Source of the DNA: a virus
Taxonomy: Duplodnaviria > Heunggongvirae > Uroviricota > Caudoviricetes
IMG/VR virus record: IMGVR_UViG_3300013126_000009
Reading direction: 5' to 3' (one strand)
Length of the DNA stretch: 64,000 nucleotides
The position numbers were made by a program, and so were the translations under genes. Below the pieces are notes generated by a model that saw only the letters and a list, made by a program, of their open reading frames with translations, searched no databases and was not told the origin of the DNA. How positions within the stretch are numbered: position 1 is the stretch's first letter; each line of letters begins with the position of its first letter. Positions 1 through 9,373 of the stretch are shown in pieces.

Positions 1-10
1 TCCACTTAAT

Positions 11-439
11 TTGGGAGAGTTTGATAATCTATTGCAGATAACACAATTATACTTACCAAAGGATGAGAATGGTTATACTGTAAGATACAGATATATCACA
101 GACACTAATGACAAAGTAACTTATGTTAAAACGCTTAAAAAATATGTAAGTGATATGGTCTGTGAGGAGATAGAGTGTGAGGTTAACAAAGAAGAGTATG
201 AATTGGCTGAGAGTAAAGCTGTAAGTCAGATTGTTAAGTTACGTTATGAATTTAAAAATGATGATTTAATTTGGCAAATTGATAATTTTGTGAATATTAA
301 GATGGTATTGGCTGAGGTTGAATTGCCAAGCGAAAACCACGCATTTCAAATACCAGAGATACTAGAAGAGGCTATTGTAGCTGAAGTAACAGGCATCAAT
401 GGTTTTAGTAATGAAAGTTTAGCAATGTTTTTAGAGTGA
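11..439 (+). CDS. hypothetical protein (5' end may lie upstream of window)
   Basis: 142-aa ORF, same strand as neighbours, stop overlaps next start (ATGA). Confidence 0.4.
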   Translation: MGEFDNLLQITQLYLPKDENGYTVRYRYITDTNDKVTYVKTLKKYVSDMVCEEIECEVNKEEYELAESKAVSQIVKLRYEFKNDDLIWQIDNFVNIKMVLAEVELPSENHAFQIPEILEEAIVAEVTGINGFSNESLAMFLE

Positions 440-1110
440 TGTTTATATTAGGTGATATACATGGTAATTTTAACTATCTAAGGTATTTGATTAAAACCAT
501 AGGTAATAAAGGCCCTATTATCCAAGTTGGTGATTTTGGTATGAATAATAATATCAAAAACATGGAAACCATCTTGGAGGGTCTAAATAACTTATTGGGT
601 GAGAACAATAATAAACTATATGTGATTCGTGGTAATCATGATAACCCTTATTTTTGGCAAGGGAATCACATATATGATAATATCGAATTATTACCAGATT
701 ATACAATAAAAGAAATCGAAGGTAAAAGGATGTTCTTTGTTGGTGGTGCTATTAGCATCGATAGAAAGGTTAATCCATATTATTGGCATGATGAGGTTTT
801 CGTATATGATAAAGAAAAAACTTTCGAAGCCCGTAATATAGACATCGTGGTTACTCATACTGCACCGAATTACGTATTTCCATTGGGTATAAATGATTTG
901 GTTAGACATTTTGCACAAGATGACCCTAATCTTATAACTGAACTATATATTGAAAGGGAACAAATGGCTGAGATGTGTGATATGTTGATGTTCAATAATA
1001 ACATCACTCACCATTTTTATGGTCATTTCCATGCTGATGAGATAACACAATATAAAACATGTGAATTTAGATGCGTTGGAATTAATAATACATACGATTT
1101 AAGAGTTTAA
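436..1110 (+). CDS. calcineurin-like metallophosphoesterase
   Basis: GDIHG ... GNHDN ... GHFH metallophosphatase motifs. Confidence 0.65.
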   Translation: MMFILGDIHGNFNYLRYLIKTIGNKGPIIQVGDFGMNNNIKNMETILEGLNNLLGENNNKLYVIRGNHDNPYFWQGNHIYDNIELLPDYTIKEIEGKRMFFVGGAISIDRKVNPYYWHDEVFVYDKEKTFEARNIDIVVTHTAPNYVFPLGINDLVRHFAQDDPNLITELYIEREQMAEMCDMLMFNNNITHHFYGHFHADEITQYKTCEFRCVGINNTYDLRV

Positions 1111-1132
1111 AAGAATATTTAAATATAAAAAT

Positions 1133-1741
1133 ATGATGAACTCAACAATCAAAAAAAACTTAAGAAAAATGTTATTGGAAGATGTAACAGGTCCAACTAA
1201 ATTATATGTGTTTGATTTTGACGCTACTCTTGTGGATACACCATTACCAGAAGTTGGTAGACGTATCTGGAAAGAAAAGTATGGATTTGATTTCCCATCA
1301 AAATCAGCTGATGAAGTTGAAAAAAACAAAAAAATAACTGGTTGGTGGGGTAGAAAAGAAAGTTTGGATATGGATACCTTTGACATGCCAATGATTCCAG
1401 AGGTAAAAAGTGCTTATGATTCAGTAAAAAATAACCCTGATGTCATGAAAGTAATGTTAACTGGTAGACGTGGAAACTTATCAGATGAGGTTAAAAAAAT
1501 ATTGGATGATAAAGGTTTAAAGTTTGATATGTATCTTTTTAATAATAAAAGTGATACTTTAACAGCAAAATTGGATTATCTGAACGATATTTTAACCAAT
1601 AATCCTAATATTAAAGACGTAACTCTTTTTGATGATAGAACTGAACATATACCAACGTTTCAAAAATGGGGTGATGATTTGGTTGCGAATGGTCGGTTGA
1701 ATGATTTCGTTATGAACCACATCCAATCAAATCATCATTAA
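1133..1741 (+). CDS. polynucleotide-kinase-type 3'-phosphatase (HAD) domain protein
   Basis: VFDFDATLV (DxDxT), LTGRRG and FDDRTE motifs that I align to the T4 Pnk phosphatase domain motifs (IFDVDGTLA, VSGRES, IDDRTQ). No P-loop kinase domain. Confidence 0.6.
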   Translation: MMNSTIKKNLRKMLLEDVTGPTKLYVFDFDATLVDTPLPEVGRRIWKEKYGFDFPSKSADEVEKNKKITGWWGRKESLDMDTFDMPMIPEVKSAYDSVKNNPDVMKVMLTGRRGNLSDEVKKILDDKGLKFDMYLFNNKSDTLTAKLDYLNDILTNNPNIKDVTLFDDRTEHIPTFQKWGDDLVANGRLNDFVMNHIQSNHH

Positions 1742-1770
1742 TATTTGTAAGTTCAATTTTTTTCGTATAT

Positions 1771-2925
1771 TTGTATCCTAAATTAAAAGATACAATGGAA
1801 TTAGCTATAGTTAAATACATAAAAGAACACGGATTAAGTAAAGCGTTAAACGACTTCAAACTTAAGATTCGTGTGTATGATAAAAAAATATGTATTAAAT
1901 ATGACCAGATTGAATCTCCATTTGGTAATAGAGAGGTTGAAGAGTGTAGAGGTATTGTATTAGAAAAAGATACATGGAAGGTCATGTGTCTTGGTCTAAC
2001 CAAGTTTTATAATTCAGCTGAAGGTCATGCCGCTACAATAGATTGGTCAACGGCCAGAATCCAAACTAAGTTGGATGGTACCTGCATTAACTTATATTAT
2101 GATTGGCATAAAAATCGTTGGTTTGCTGCCACTACTGGTACCGCTGAAGGTGAAGGTGAGGTTAATAATAGACTTAACACATCATTCAACGATTTGTTTT
2201 GGGAAACCATTTATAACTTTACAGATTATGATAATTTCACTGAAGCGTTAGATGTCGATAATACCTATGTGTTTGAGTTAACAACACCGTATAACATAGT
2301 AGTAACACCACATGCAACTTCTAGTGTTACGTTGTTAACTGTTAGGGATTTAAAAACGTTAGATGAATACTCAAAGAATGATGTGATTCAAATAGCTGAT
2401 TGGTTAGGTGTTCCATATGTTGAAGAACATGAACTTAATAAAGGTAATTTTGATTATCTTATAAAGACATTCGAACAGATGCCCTATGATAATGAAGGTT
2501 ATGTTGTTGTTGATGGTAATTTTAACAGAGTTAAGGTTAAAAATCCAGCATATGTCGCTGTACACCATTTAAAAAATGGGACAGAAGCCCACCATATCAT
2601 GGAAGTCATAAAAACTAATGAGATTGAAGAATATGTTGCGACATTCCGTGAAAGAGAAGACGAGGTTAGGTCATTACATCAAAATTATAATGAATTAACT
2701 GATAAGTTATACTCATCATGGGAAGCTTTAAACCAATTTAGACCAAAAGATATAACCAAAGAAGAAAGAAAATTATTTGCTAATAAGGTTTTTGATATAG
2801 CAGATTCAAATGATTTAAAATCTTTCACTGGTTTATTCTTCGGATTAAACGATGGTAAAGTTAAAACCATACCAGATTATCTACGTCAAATGGATAACAA
2901 AAAACTATATGCCCTACTAACATAG
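1771..2925 (+). CDS. ATP-dependent RNA ligase, Rnl1-like
   Basis: Nucleotidyltransferase motif I TKLDGT (KxDG lysine) preceded by an RGIV...KFYN block as in T4 Rnl1; sits directly after the phosphatase gene. Confidence 0.55.
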   Translation: MYPKLKDTMELAIVKYIKEHGLSKALNDFKLKIRVYDKKICIKYDQIESPFGNREVEECRGIVLEKDTWKVMCLGLTKFYNSAEGHAATIDWSTARIQTKLDGTCINLYYDWHKNRWFAATTGTAEGEGEVNNRLNTSFNDLFWETIYNFTDYDNFTEALDVDNTYVFELTTPYNIVVTPHATSSVTLLTVRDLKTLDEYSKNDVIQIADWLGVPYVEEHELNKGNFDYLIKTFEQMPYDNEGYVVVDGNFNRVKVKNPAYVAVHHLKNGTEAHHIMEVIKTNEIEEYVATFREREDEVRSLHQNYNELTDKLYSSWEALNQFRPKDITKEERKLFANKVFDIADSNDLKSFTGLFFGLNDGKVKTIPDYLRQMDNKKLYALLT

Positions 2926-2940
2926 GGCATATTCTTTTTT
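2909..2940 (+). terminator. rho-independent terminator
   Basis: ATGCCCTACTAACATAGGGCAT hairpin followed by a T-run. Confidence 0.6.
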
Positions 2941-2943
2941 TTA

Positions 2944-3633
2944 GTGATATTTATTATTATGAATAGAATTAAAACTCGTTTATCCGAAGAGTTAACTTTT
3001 GACTTAATTGAACAAATGATTGGTGAGGATTACCCATCAACATTTGATATGGGTGAATTCAAAACATTAAACTCATTTAAAAAACGTATTGACTATTGTA
3101 ATAAACATCTGAAAAGAATCAGCTCTGGTTCATCTAGAGTTGTTTTCATGATTGACAATGAAAAGGTTTTGAAGTTAGCCAAGAACCAAAAAGGTTTAGC
3201 TCAAAACGAAGTTGAAATACAATATGGTAATGAAGGTTATTTAGAGAATATTGTTGCCAAAGTCTATGATTATGATGAGAATAATTTGTGGTTGGAAATG
3301 CAATTGGCTAAGAAACTAACAAAATCTAATTTTAAACAGATAACTGGGTTTAATTTCGATGATTTTGCCACTGCTGTACATAACTATGGGGTTGAATCTG
3401 GAAACGCTGGTAGATACGCTCAAAAGAGACAGATAGACTCAAAAATCGTTGAAGCTATGTGGGAAGATGAATTCGTTTACGGTATTTTTGATTTCATAGG
3501 AAACTACAGTATACCTGCTGGCGATTTGACTAGGTTAAATTCTTATGGTGTTGTCACCGAGAATGGCGTGGATAGAGTTGTTATTATTGATTATGGTTTA
3601 ACACATGACGTGTACCAATCATTCTATTCTTGA
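2944..3633 (+). CDS. hypothetical protein
   Basis: 229-aa ORF. Confidence 0.4.
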   Translation: MIFIIMNRIKTRLSEELTFDLIEQMIGEDYPSTFDMGEFKTLNSFKKRIDYCNKHLKRISSGSSRVVFMIDNEKVLKLAKNQKGLAQNEVEIQYGNEGYLENIVAKVYDYDENNLWLEMQLAKKLTKSNFKQITGFNFDDFATAVHNYGVESGNAGRYAQKRQIDSKIVEAMWEDEFVYGIFDFIGNYSIPAGDLTRLNSYGVVTENGVDRVVIIDYGLTHDVYQSFYS

Positions 3634-3841
3634 TTTCACCGACCTTGACCAACGTATTTTTTCTTATAATTCTTCGAGGATTTAAGATTAGAACTTTTCT
3701 TTTTTGAATGAACATTTGGTCGTTTAACTTTTGGTTTTTCCAAAAGTTGCGAAGTATTGGTATTAGAACTTTTTTTTGCCATTTTATAATTTTTTTTAAT
3801 AAATAGTTGATTTTCCAAAAAAAATATGTTTAATTTGTATT

Positions 3842-4087
3842 ATGGAAAAGAACAGTGATAATTATTGGGTGAACGTTTCTAATGATTTAGGTTTAGAAAC
3901 CAGTTCGGGGTACAGGAAATTATTCTTACACCAAAAACATTATAGTAACAAACCTGAAAAAAGAGGTCAATTTTTTGAAGGGGATATATATGTCCATATC
4001 GAAAAAGCGATTGAGGCTATTAAATTAGCGGAACAAGAAATAAAAGAAAAATATAATATTAAAGATGATAATAGCGAAAGTTTTTAA
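3842..4087 (+). CDS. hypothetical protein
   Basis: 81-aa ORF after a TAnnTTTG-like box. Confidence 0.35.
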   Translation: MEKNSDNYWVNVSNDLGLETSSGYRKLFLHQKHYSNKPEKRGQFFEGDIYVHIEKAIEAIKLAEQEIKEKYNIKDDNSESF

Positions 4088-4268
4088 ATTAACGCAAGAC
4101 GCGAAACCTAGAAAAGACTTTGATTTTAAAAAGGGTCAAGAGTTTGAAATTGTTATGAACGTTGTTTATATGAATGGATTTCCAGTACCTAGAGAATTGC
4201 AAAGTCTATTTTACAATTGGATAATTACTAACGAAAATCTATTCAAAGATGATACACGCCAGTGGTAG
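4065..4268 (+). CDS. hypothetical small protein (paralog of 5697..5864)
   Basis: KKGQEFEIVMNVVYM resembles KNQKEFEMVMSVGLM of the small ORF at 5697. Confidence 0.3.
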   Translation: MIIAKVFKLTQDAKPRKDFDFKKGQEFEIVMNVVYMNGFPVPRELQSLFYNWIITNENLFKDDTRQW

Positions 4269-4986
4269 TACATGGACAGCTAAAACAGCTTACGATTGGT
4301 GCTTGGAAGATAATATTAGAATCCTAAACATCGATGATTGGTTTGATTCATCTGATGATGAATTAACAAACATATATGATTATCATGTTAGGCCATATAC
4401 ACGTAAAGAGTTTGATGAGCGAATTAAACGTTGTAAGGTTAAACGAAATTCTAGGGCTAGAAAAATGGAAGAATTTCTGGAACTTAGAATGTATGGCTTC
4501 GTTATATACCAACTAAGCGGCATCCAAAAGGGTATTCAATTTCAACATGCTGTTACAGAATATGAACGGCATGTACCAGAAGATTTAAGACCACAATATG
4601 AACGTTGGGCTGATAAATGGAAAACCAGCATAGTATTGAATGGTGGAACAACAAATGATTGTTATATTGATTCTGGTACGATGCAGAAATATTATAATGA
4701 GTTATTGGATAATGGTATCTTTGTTCAAGAATTTAATGAACCTGATTTGAACGATTCAATGACAGCGTTTTGTTTCATAACGGACGAAAGGGTATTTGAT
4801 AGAAATACATATGAGGATTTTCAGCCAACACCATTCACATGGAAAGAAAACCATAAACCAAACGAGGCAACTTATATGGAATGGGAGAAGATGGAAAGAG
4901 AAAATTATGAAAAATGGATTGAAAAAGTTGGTGGACAACAAAATGCGTTTTTAAGGTCATTTTTAAAAGATAAAAAACTTGCATAG
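4249..4986 (+). CDS. hypothetical protein
   Basis: 245-aa ORF. Confidence 0.45.
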   Translation: MIHASGSTWTAKTAYDWCLEDNIRILNIDDWFDSSDDELTNIYDYHVRPYTRKEFDERIKRCKVKRNSRARKMEEFLELRMYGFVIYQLSGIQKGIQFQHAVTEYERHVPEDLRPQYERWADKWKTSIVLNGGTTNDCYIDSGTMQKYYNELLDNGIFVQEFNEPDLNDSMTAFCFITDERVFDRNTYEDFQPTPFTWKENHKPNEATYMEWEKMERENYEKWIEKVGGQQNAFLRSFLKDKKLA

Positions 4987-5014
4987 TTAAAAGATAATTT
5001 ATATATTTGTATTG
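4981..5014 (+). promoter_or_regulatory. Bacteroidetes-type promoter (-33 TTGCA / -7 TATATTTG)
   Basis: TTGCATAGTTAAAAGATAATTTATATATTTGTA. The same architecture recurs at 11259, 12319, 13740 and many other gene starts. Confidence 0.5.
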
Positions 5015-5026
5015 TAATAATTAAAA

Positions 5027-5677
5027 GGTGAGGTAGCTCAGTGGTAGAGCACGTAATTTGGTTAATCTGATTGAAAAGATTACATTCAGCAAATTTAATA
5101 TTAGCCTCTTAAGCACTTTACTAATTCTTAACATATTTATTATAAAAGGATAAATATGAAAAAGAAATGTACTGTATGTAAAGAAGAAAAAAAATTAACG
5201 GATTTTAATAAAAATGCTGGTAGAAAAGATGGTTTACAAAGTGAGTGTCGAGAATGTGGTAAAGTTCGCTCAAAAAAACATTATGAAAAAAACAAAACTA
5301 AAATAATAGAGCAGGTTAATTTGGCTAGAGACAAGAGAGTAAACGAACATCGGGAGAAATTTTATAACATCTTATGTGAGTCCTCTTGTATTGATTGTGG
5401 AAACACGAATCCACTGGTTTTAGAATTTGACCACGTAGATACTGATGGTAAAATACATGGGTTAAGTAAAATGGTTCATGATGGTTATTCTTGGGAAAAT
5501 ATATTAAAAGAAATTGATAAGTGTGAATGTCGATGTGCTAATTGTCATAGAATTAAAACAGCAACCGAACAAAATTGGTATAAATACAAGTTTTTAAAAT
5601 TACAAAATAATGATTGTACTAATCTTTAATAGTTATGTTAACTTCGTGGTCGCAGCGTTCGAATCCTGCCCTCACCG
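5027..5677 (+). tRNA. interrupted tRNA gene: 5' half (5027-~5056) and 3' half (~5644-5677) separated by ~590 bp that encodes an HNH endonuclease
   Basis: 5' part GGTGAGG-TA-GCTCAGTGGTAGAGC (acceptor strand plus canonical D-arm). 3' part ends GCAG(C)G-TTCGAAT-CCTGC-CCTCACC-G. CCTCACC is the exact complement of GGTGAGG. The T-stem needs one bulged C. Confidence 0.45.
5156..5629 (+). CDS. HNH homing endonuclease (inside the tRNA-interrupting insertion)
   Basis: Cys-rich; ...EFDHVDTDG...NCH motif, CxxC pairs. Confidence 0.7.
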   Translation: MKKKCTVCKEEKKLTDFNKNAGRKDGLQSECRECGKVRSKKHYEKNKTKIIEQVNLARDKRVNEHREKFYNILCESSCIDCGNTNPLVLEFDHVDTDGKIHGLSKMVHDGYSWENILKEIDKCECRCANCHRIKTATEQNWYKYKFLKLQNNDCTNL

Positions 5678-5696
5678 CATTTAAAGAAATATAATA

Positions 5697-5864
5697 TGTT
5701 AAAATCTATATTACAATTCACGGCTGATTACATCATCTCTACTTTAGAGATGATTAACAAAGAAGGTGCTGACAAAAACCAAAAAGAGTTTGAAATGGTT
5801 ATGTCCGTTGGTTTAATGTTAGACTTCTATAGTCAAACATTGTTTAATATTGAATTAGATTAAT
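5697..5864 (+). CDS. hypothetical small protein (55 aa; below ORF-track cutoff)
   Basis: ATG at 5697 to TAA at 5862-5864; similar to ORF 4065..4268. Confidence 0.3.
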
Positions 5865-6176
5865 TTGAAATCCATTAATCAAATATTCCGATATAATACC
5901 GCCTTATTGGATGAACCAGAGGTTCAAGAATTGGTTGATTATTGCAAAGAACTTGAAGATGAGGTTGTTGAACTAAGACAATCTGACGTTAGCACTATGG
6001 AAAACAAATTAGCTGAAGTCGTTCGTGATATATATCACAGCATTAACAAAACAATTCAAGAGGACGAAGAAGCTATAAGATTCAAAGAAACCGATAGGGT
6101 AGATTTTAATGAAGCGGTTTTGAATCTTAGAAAATTTTTGATTAAATTTGCAACCGATAACCAATTCAATTTTTAA
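5865..6176 (+). CDS. hypothetical protein
   Basis: 103-aa acidic ORF. Confidence 0.35.
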   Translation: MKSINQIFRYNTALLDEPEVQELVDYCKELEDEVVELRQSDVSTMENKLAEVVRDIYHSINKTIQEDEEAIRFKETDRVDFNEAVLNLRKFLIKFATDNQFNF

Positions 6177-6178
6177 AA

Positions 6179-7192
6179 ATGGGTGGCAGAGCAATAAAGA
6201 CAGCGTATACAAGACGTTACCAAAAGGAAGAGTATATCAAACTCACTTCTGAGGTTCTTAGGAAAATCCGAAGGTTTTTTTACAAAGCCGAAATACCAAG
6301 ATATTATCATACAAAAGAAAGTTTTGGTGATATGGATATTTTGGTTTCAATGAAAGGTTATTCTGGTAATATAAGAGAATTGATAACCGAACAGTTTAAA
6401 CCAAATGAGATATATCACAATGGTAACTGTTGGTCATTTGATTATAAAGAATTTCAGATTGACCTTATAACCACTTCTGAAGACCATTTTGATTCATACT
6501 TAAGCTACCTTTCATTCAACGACCTCGGCAATTATCTGGGAAGATTGGCTCATCATATGGGTGGTAGATATGGTGCTGAAGGTTTTTGGATAACATATTA
6601 CTATAAGGACACCAAACATAAGATAATGGTCAGCAAAGACCAAGAAAAGATTTATGAGTTCTTAGGGTTGGATTTTAACAGATGGTTAAAAGGTTTTGAA
6701 ACTTTGGATGAGATATTTCAATTCATTTCTGAATCACCATATTTCAATTGGACCAAATTCCAGTTGGATGAACTTAATCGAATTAATCGCGAAAGAAACC
6801 TTAAAAGAGTATCCTATATGGCGTTTTTAGATTGGATTGATAAGAATGTTGCTGATGATAACCATAAGTACGAACATAATCTTTCTGATATTGAACTATA
6901 TAGAAGAATCGATTATTTCTTTCCAGACGCAAAAATCTTTGATGAAATCGCTAGAATTGAATATGAGGTGTCAAAAAGCAAATATGCATCCGTATTATTC
7001 AACGGTAAGCACATCATCGATAAATTTGGTCTTGAAGGTAAAGAATTGGGTCAGGCAATTGGTGGTTTTAAAGACTATATTAATGACCAATTTGGCGATT
7101 TCACAGAAATCACAATAAAGTTTGGTACTGATAATATGTTAGAAGAGTTTGACTATTATTATAACGGAACTTGCGTGGTTAACAAAGATTAG
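6179..7192 (+). CDS. hypothetical protein (possible nucleotidyltransferase fold)
   Basis: 337 aa; FGDMDILVS motif only weakly NTase-like. Confidence 0.35.
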   Translation: MGGRAIKTAYTRRYQKEEYIKLTSEVLRKIRRFFYKAEIPRYYHTKESFGDMDILVSMKGYSGNIRELITEQFKPNEIYHNGNCWSFDYKEFQIDLITTSEDHFDSYLSYLSFNDLGNYLGRLAHHMGGRYGAEGFWITYYYKDTKHKIMVSKDQEKIYEFLGLDFNRWLKGFETLDEIFQFISESPYFNWTKFQLDELNRINRERNLKRVSYMAFLDWIDKNVADDNHKYEHNLSDIELYRRIDYFFPDAKIFDEIARIEYEVSKSKYASVLFNGKHIIDKFGLEGKELGQAIGGFKDYINDQFGDFTEITIKFGTDNMLEEFDYYYNGTCVVNKD

Positions 7193-7503
7193 TCGTAGAA
7201 ACAATTGTTCTCCTTTAAAAAGCTGATGAGTTCATCAGCTTTTTTTGCTTCATCAAGAAACGAAAAAACTTGTTCATTGGTTAAATCAAACCATTCACCT
7301 TTAGCTCGATTCATAAAGAATTTTCTATGTAGCATCCCCTCAATCTTTCTATAATTCTCAGATTCGTATTGGTTAATTAGGATTATTTCATTTGGATTAC
7401 CTGTTTGCAATTCCTTCAAACGGGAATTAACATTGTTTTTTGTTATTCCAATTTTGTATCTCGGATTATCCACAAACTCACCTAAAAGATATACTGTTCC
7501 CAT
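7189..7503 (-). CDS. GIY-YIG-like (T5orf172/MUG113-type) domain protein
   Basis: VYLLGE...YKIGITKN...NSRLKELQTGNP pattern typical of T5orf172 GIY-YIG-like domains. Confidence 0.5.
   Translation of the reverse strand: MGTVYLLGEFVDNPRYKIGITKNNVNSRLKELQTGNPNEIILINQYESENYRKIEGMLHRKFFMNRAKGEWFDLTNEQVFSFLDEAKKADELISFLKENNCFYD
7219..7250. terminator. bidirectional terminator between convergent genes
   Basis: AAAAAGCTGATGAGTTCATCAGCTTTTTTT, a perfect hairpin with A/T runs on both sides. Confidence 0.65.
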
Positions 7504-7535
7504 ATATCAATTATAATTACAGCTGATTAAAAGTG

Positions 7536-7597
7536 AATTTTTTTTCAAAAAGACTTGCATTATTAGAAAACATGTTATATATTTGTACTGTAAATGA
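7536..7597 (+). repeat. 60-bp promoter-region repeat, copy 1 (copy 2 at 19810-19872)
   Basis: TTTTTCAAAAAGACTTGCATTATTAGAAAACATGTTATATATTTGT(A/T)CTGTAAATGA, near-identical in both copies. Confidence 0.8.
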
Positions 7598-7780
7598 ATA
7601 AAGATTCGTTACAGCAACAAATTTTTATTTATGAAAGGAGAGATTTGGGGTGTGCCAGTCACACTGACCAAATCAAAGAGTGATAACCTGAAGTTATCAG
7701 AATCTGTTTCATTTACATTTTTAATATAAAGAATAACTTTTTGTAAATTAACAACTATTTAATTAATAATAGAAAAAACT

Positions 7781-7864
7781 ATGAATACAGTAGTAAACAC
7801 TTTAGTCTTAAACCTATGTCTCTTGGTCGTGGAACCGAGATGGTCGGACTATTGTGTTAACTGA
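7781..7864 (+). CDS. leader micro-ORF (27 aa) upstream of tRNA cluster 1
   Basis: ATTTAATTAATAATAGAAAAAACTATG context conserved with micro-ORFs at 11322 and 19990; followed by a terminator. Confidence 0.3.
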   Translation: MNTVVNTLVLNLCLLVVEPRWSDYCVN

Positions 7865-7898
7865 TGAATTGTTAATAACACAAAAAGGGTAACCCGAC

Positions 7899-7930
7899 CA
7901 TAGCAATATGAGTCGGGTTTTTTGTTTTTT
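7899..7930 (+). terminator. rho-independent terminator
   Basis: AACCCGACCATAGCAATATGAGTCGGGTTTTTTGTTTTTT. Confidence 0.6.
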
Positions 7931-7955
7931 ATCGGTTCTTTGAAATAAAATAATT

Positions 7956-8030
7956 GAAGGTGTGGGTGAGTTGGAATTAGCCACATGACTGCAAATCATG
8001 TTTACGTCAGTTCGAATCTGACCATCTTCT
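7956..8030 (+). tRNA. tRNA-Cys (GCA)
   Basis: Acceptor GAAGGTG/CATCTTC; anticodon arm CATGA-CTGCAAA-TCATG; T-arm GTCAG-TTCGAAT-CTGAC; enlarged, imperfect D-arm. Confidence 0.6.
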
Positions 8031-8037
8031 CAAGTAA

Positions 8038-8109
8038 GCCCCAGTGGTGTAATGGTTAGCGCTCCGTTTTTACATGGCGGGAGAACTGGTTCGATTCCAG
8101 TCTGGGGTA
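8038..8109 (+). tRNA. tRNA-Val (UAC)
   Basis: Acceptor GCCCCAG/CTGGGGT; anticodon arm CCGTT-TTTACAT-GGCGG; T-arm CTGG-TTCGATT-CCAG. Confidence 0.6.
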
Positions 8110-8118
8110 CAAAAAAAT

Positions 8119-8196
8119 GCGGGTATGCGGAAAGTTTGGTGAAGCCGAGCAGTCTTAGGAACTGCTGATTTGGGGGTTCGACTCCCTCTACCCGTA
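8119..8196 (+). tRNA. tRNA-Leu (UAG), atypical short variable arm
   Basis: Acceptor GCGGGTA/TACCCGT, A73; anticodon arm GCAGT-CTTAGGA-ACTGC; T-arm GGGGG-TTCGACT-CCCTC; 3-bp D-stem with 14-nt loop. Confidence 0.5.
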
Positions 8197-8221
8197 CAGA
8201 TAATGAGTTAATAAATTAATT

Positions 8222-8461
8222 ATGCGTGAAATTAAAAAAGTTGCATGGGATAAGTTCATTGAAACAATGGATTATGATTCTGACGTAAACAACTTCAAGT
8301 ATGACTTCAAATACATGACCAAAAACCATGGTAATGCCTTTATAGAATACTGTAAAAGTATGTGGGAAGCGAACGAAGGTATTCAAACAGAAGAAGAGTT
8401 TATGACGATGAACGCTAATATGCCAAAAGGCTTTTTTGATAAGGTAGTTAAGGGGAAGTGA
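8222..8461 (+). CDS. hypothetical protein located between tRNAs
   Basis: 79-aa ORF; its stop overlaps the start of the next tRNA. Confidence 0.35.
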   Translation: MREIKKVAWDKFIETMDYDSDVNNFKYDFKYMTKNHGNAFIEYCKSMWEANEGIQTEEEFMTMNANMPKGFFDKVVKGK

Positions 8462-8529
8462 TGGAAAGCTGGTGAAGCCTCTTTGACTTAAAATCAAAGG
8501 ATATACGGGTTCGACTCCCGTCTTCCCTA
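8452..8529 (+). tRNA. tRNA-Leu (UAA), atypical
   Basis: Acceptor GGGGAAG/CTTCCCT, A73; anticodon arm CTTTGA-CTTAAAA-TCAAAG; T-arm ACGGG-TTCGACT-CCCGT; D region homologous to the 8119 and 8541 tRNAs. Confidence 0.5.
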
Positions 8530-8540
8530 CTAAAAATTTG

Positions 8541-8617
8541 GGCGAGTGATGGAAAGCTGGTGAAGCCTCTTTACCTCAAAAGTAAAGGATATACGGGTTC
8601 GATTCCCGTCTTGCCCA
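8541..8617 (+). tRNA. tRNA-Leu (CAA), atypical
   Basis: Acceptor GGGCGAG/CTTGCCC, A73; anticodon arm CTTTAC-CTCAAAA-GTAAAG; T-arm ACGGG-TTCGATT-CCCGT. Confidence 0.5.
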
Positions 8618-8677
8618 CATTAATTAAATTTTAGTACATTTGTAGAATTACTAAACTATTTATTATAAAGTTCGCAA

Positions 8678-9373
8678 ATGACCAAAGTTTCAATAGTGAT
8701 ACCATCATATAATGAGGAGAATTACATAGATGGTATTTTAGATTCAATATACAATTCCGACATCAAATATCCATTTGAGGTTATTGTTGCAGACTCATCA
8801 ACAGATAATACTAGACAGATAATCAAAAACCATTATCCTGATGTTAAGATTGTTAAAGGTGGTAATGTTTCTCAAGCTAGGAACAATGGTGCGAAAAAGG
8901 CAAAGGGTGATTATATTATATTCATTGATGCGGATATAACCTTTGATGATAAAAAATTGATTAACAAGGCTGTTAAGAAGTTAAAAAAAGGTTATCATAT
9001 GGTTACAACGAAACTTAAATGTCGTAATAACACAATTGCTCATAATATTTATAAAGTGTGTAATTTCATACAACTATTTTCGGTTGTTGAAGGTATGCCA
9101 TTTTCCACAGGTTGTTTTATGGCTGTGGATAAAAAGAAGTTCTTTGAGTTGGGTGGGTTTGATGAGACTTTGCATTTTGCCGAGGATTATCATTTATCAC
9201 GAAAGATTAAAAGACGCAAGTTTTGGATTCTAATTAAAACGGGTGTATATACTGATGATAGGCGTTTCCAAAAGATGGGTTATTTTGGTTTAATGAAAGA
9301 ATTCATTCGCATAATGCGAAACAGATATAAGAATGATGACGAGTTTAGAAAAGATATTGGTTATTGGTCATGA
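8678..9373 (+). CDS. family-2 glycosyltransferase
   Basis: VSIVIPSYNEE N-terminus and DAD motif. Confidence 0.7.
   Translation: MTKVSIVIPSYNEENYIDGILDSIYNSDIKYPFEVIVADSSTDNTRQIIKNHYPDVKIVKGGNVSQARNNGAKKAKGDYIIFIDADITFDDKKLINKAVKKLKKGYHMVTTKLKCRNNTIAHNIYKVCNFIQLFSVVEGMPFSTGCFMAVDKKKFFELGGFDETLHFAEDYHLSRKIKRRKFWILIKTGVYTDDRRFQKMGYFGLMKEFIRIMRNRYKNDDEFRKDIGYWS

Noticed and set aside
691-918. Minus-strand ORF (75 aa) inside the metallophosphoesterase gene
   Set aside because: Fully embedded antisense in a well-supported plus-strand gene; AT-rich genomes generate such ORFs by chance.
7814-7999. Minus-strand ORF overlapping the leader/terminator and tRNA-Cys
   Set aside because: Overlaps a terminator hairpin and a tRNA gene; no promoter; spurious.
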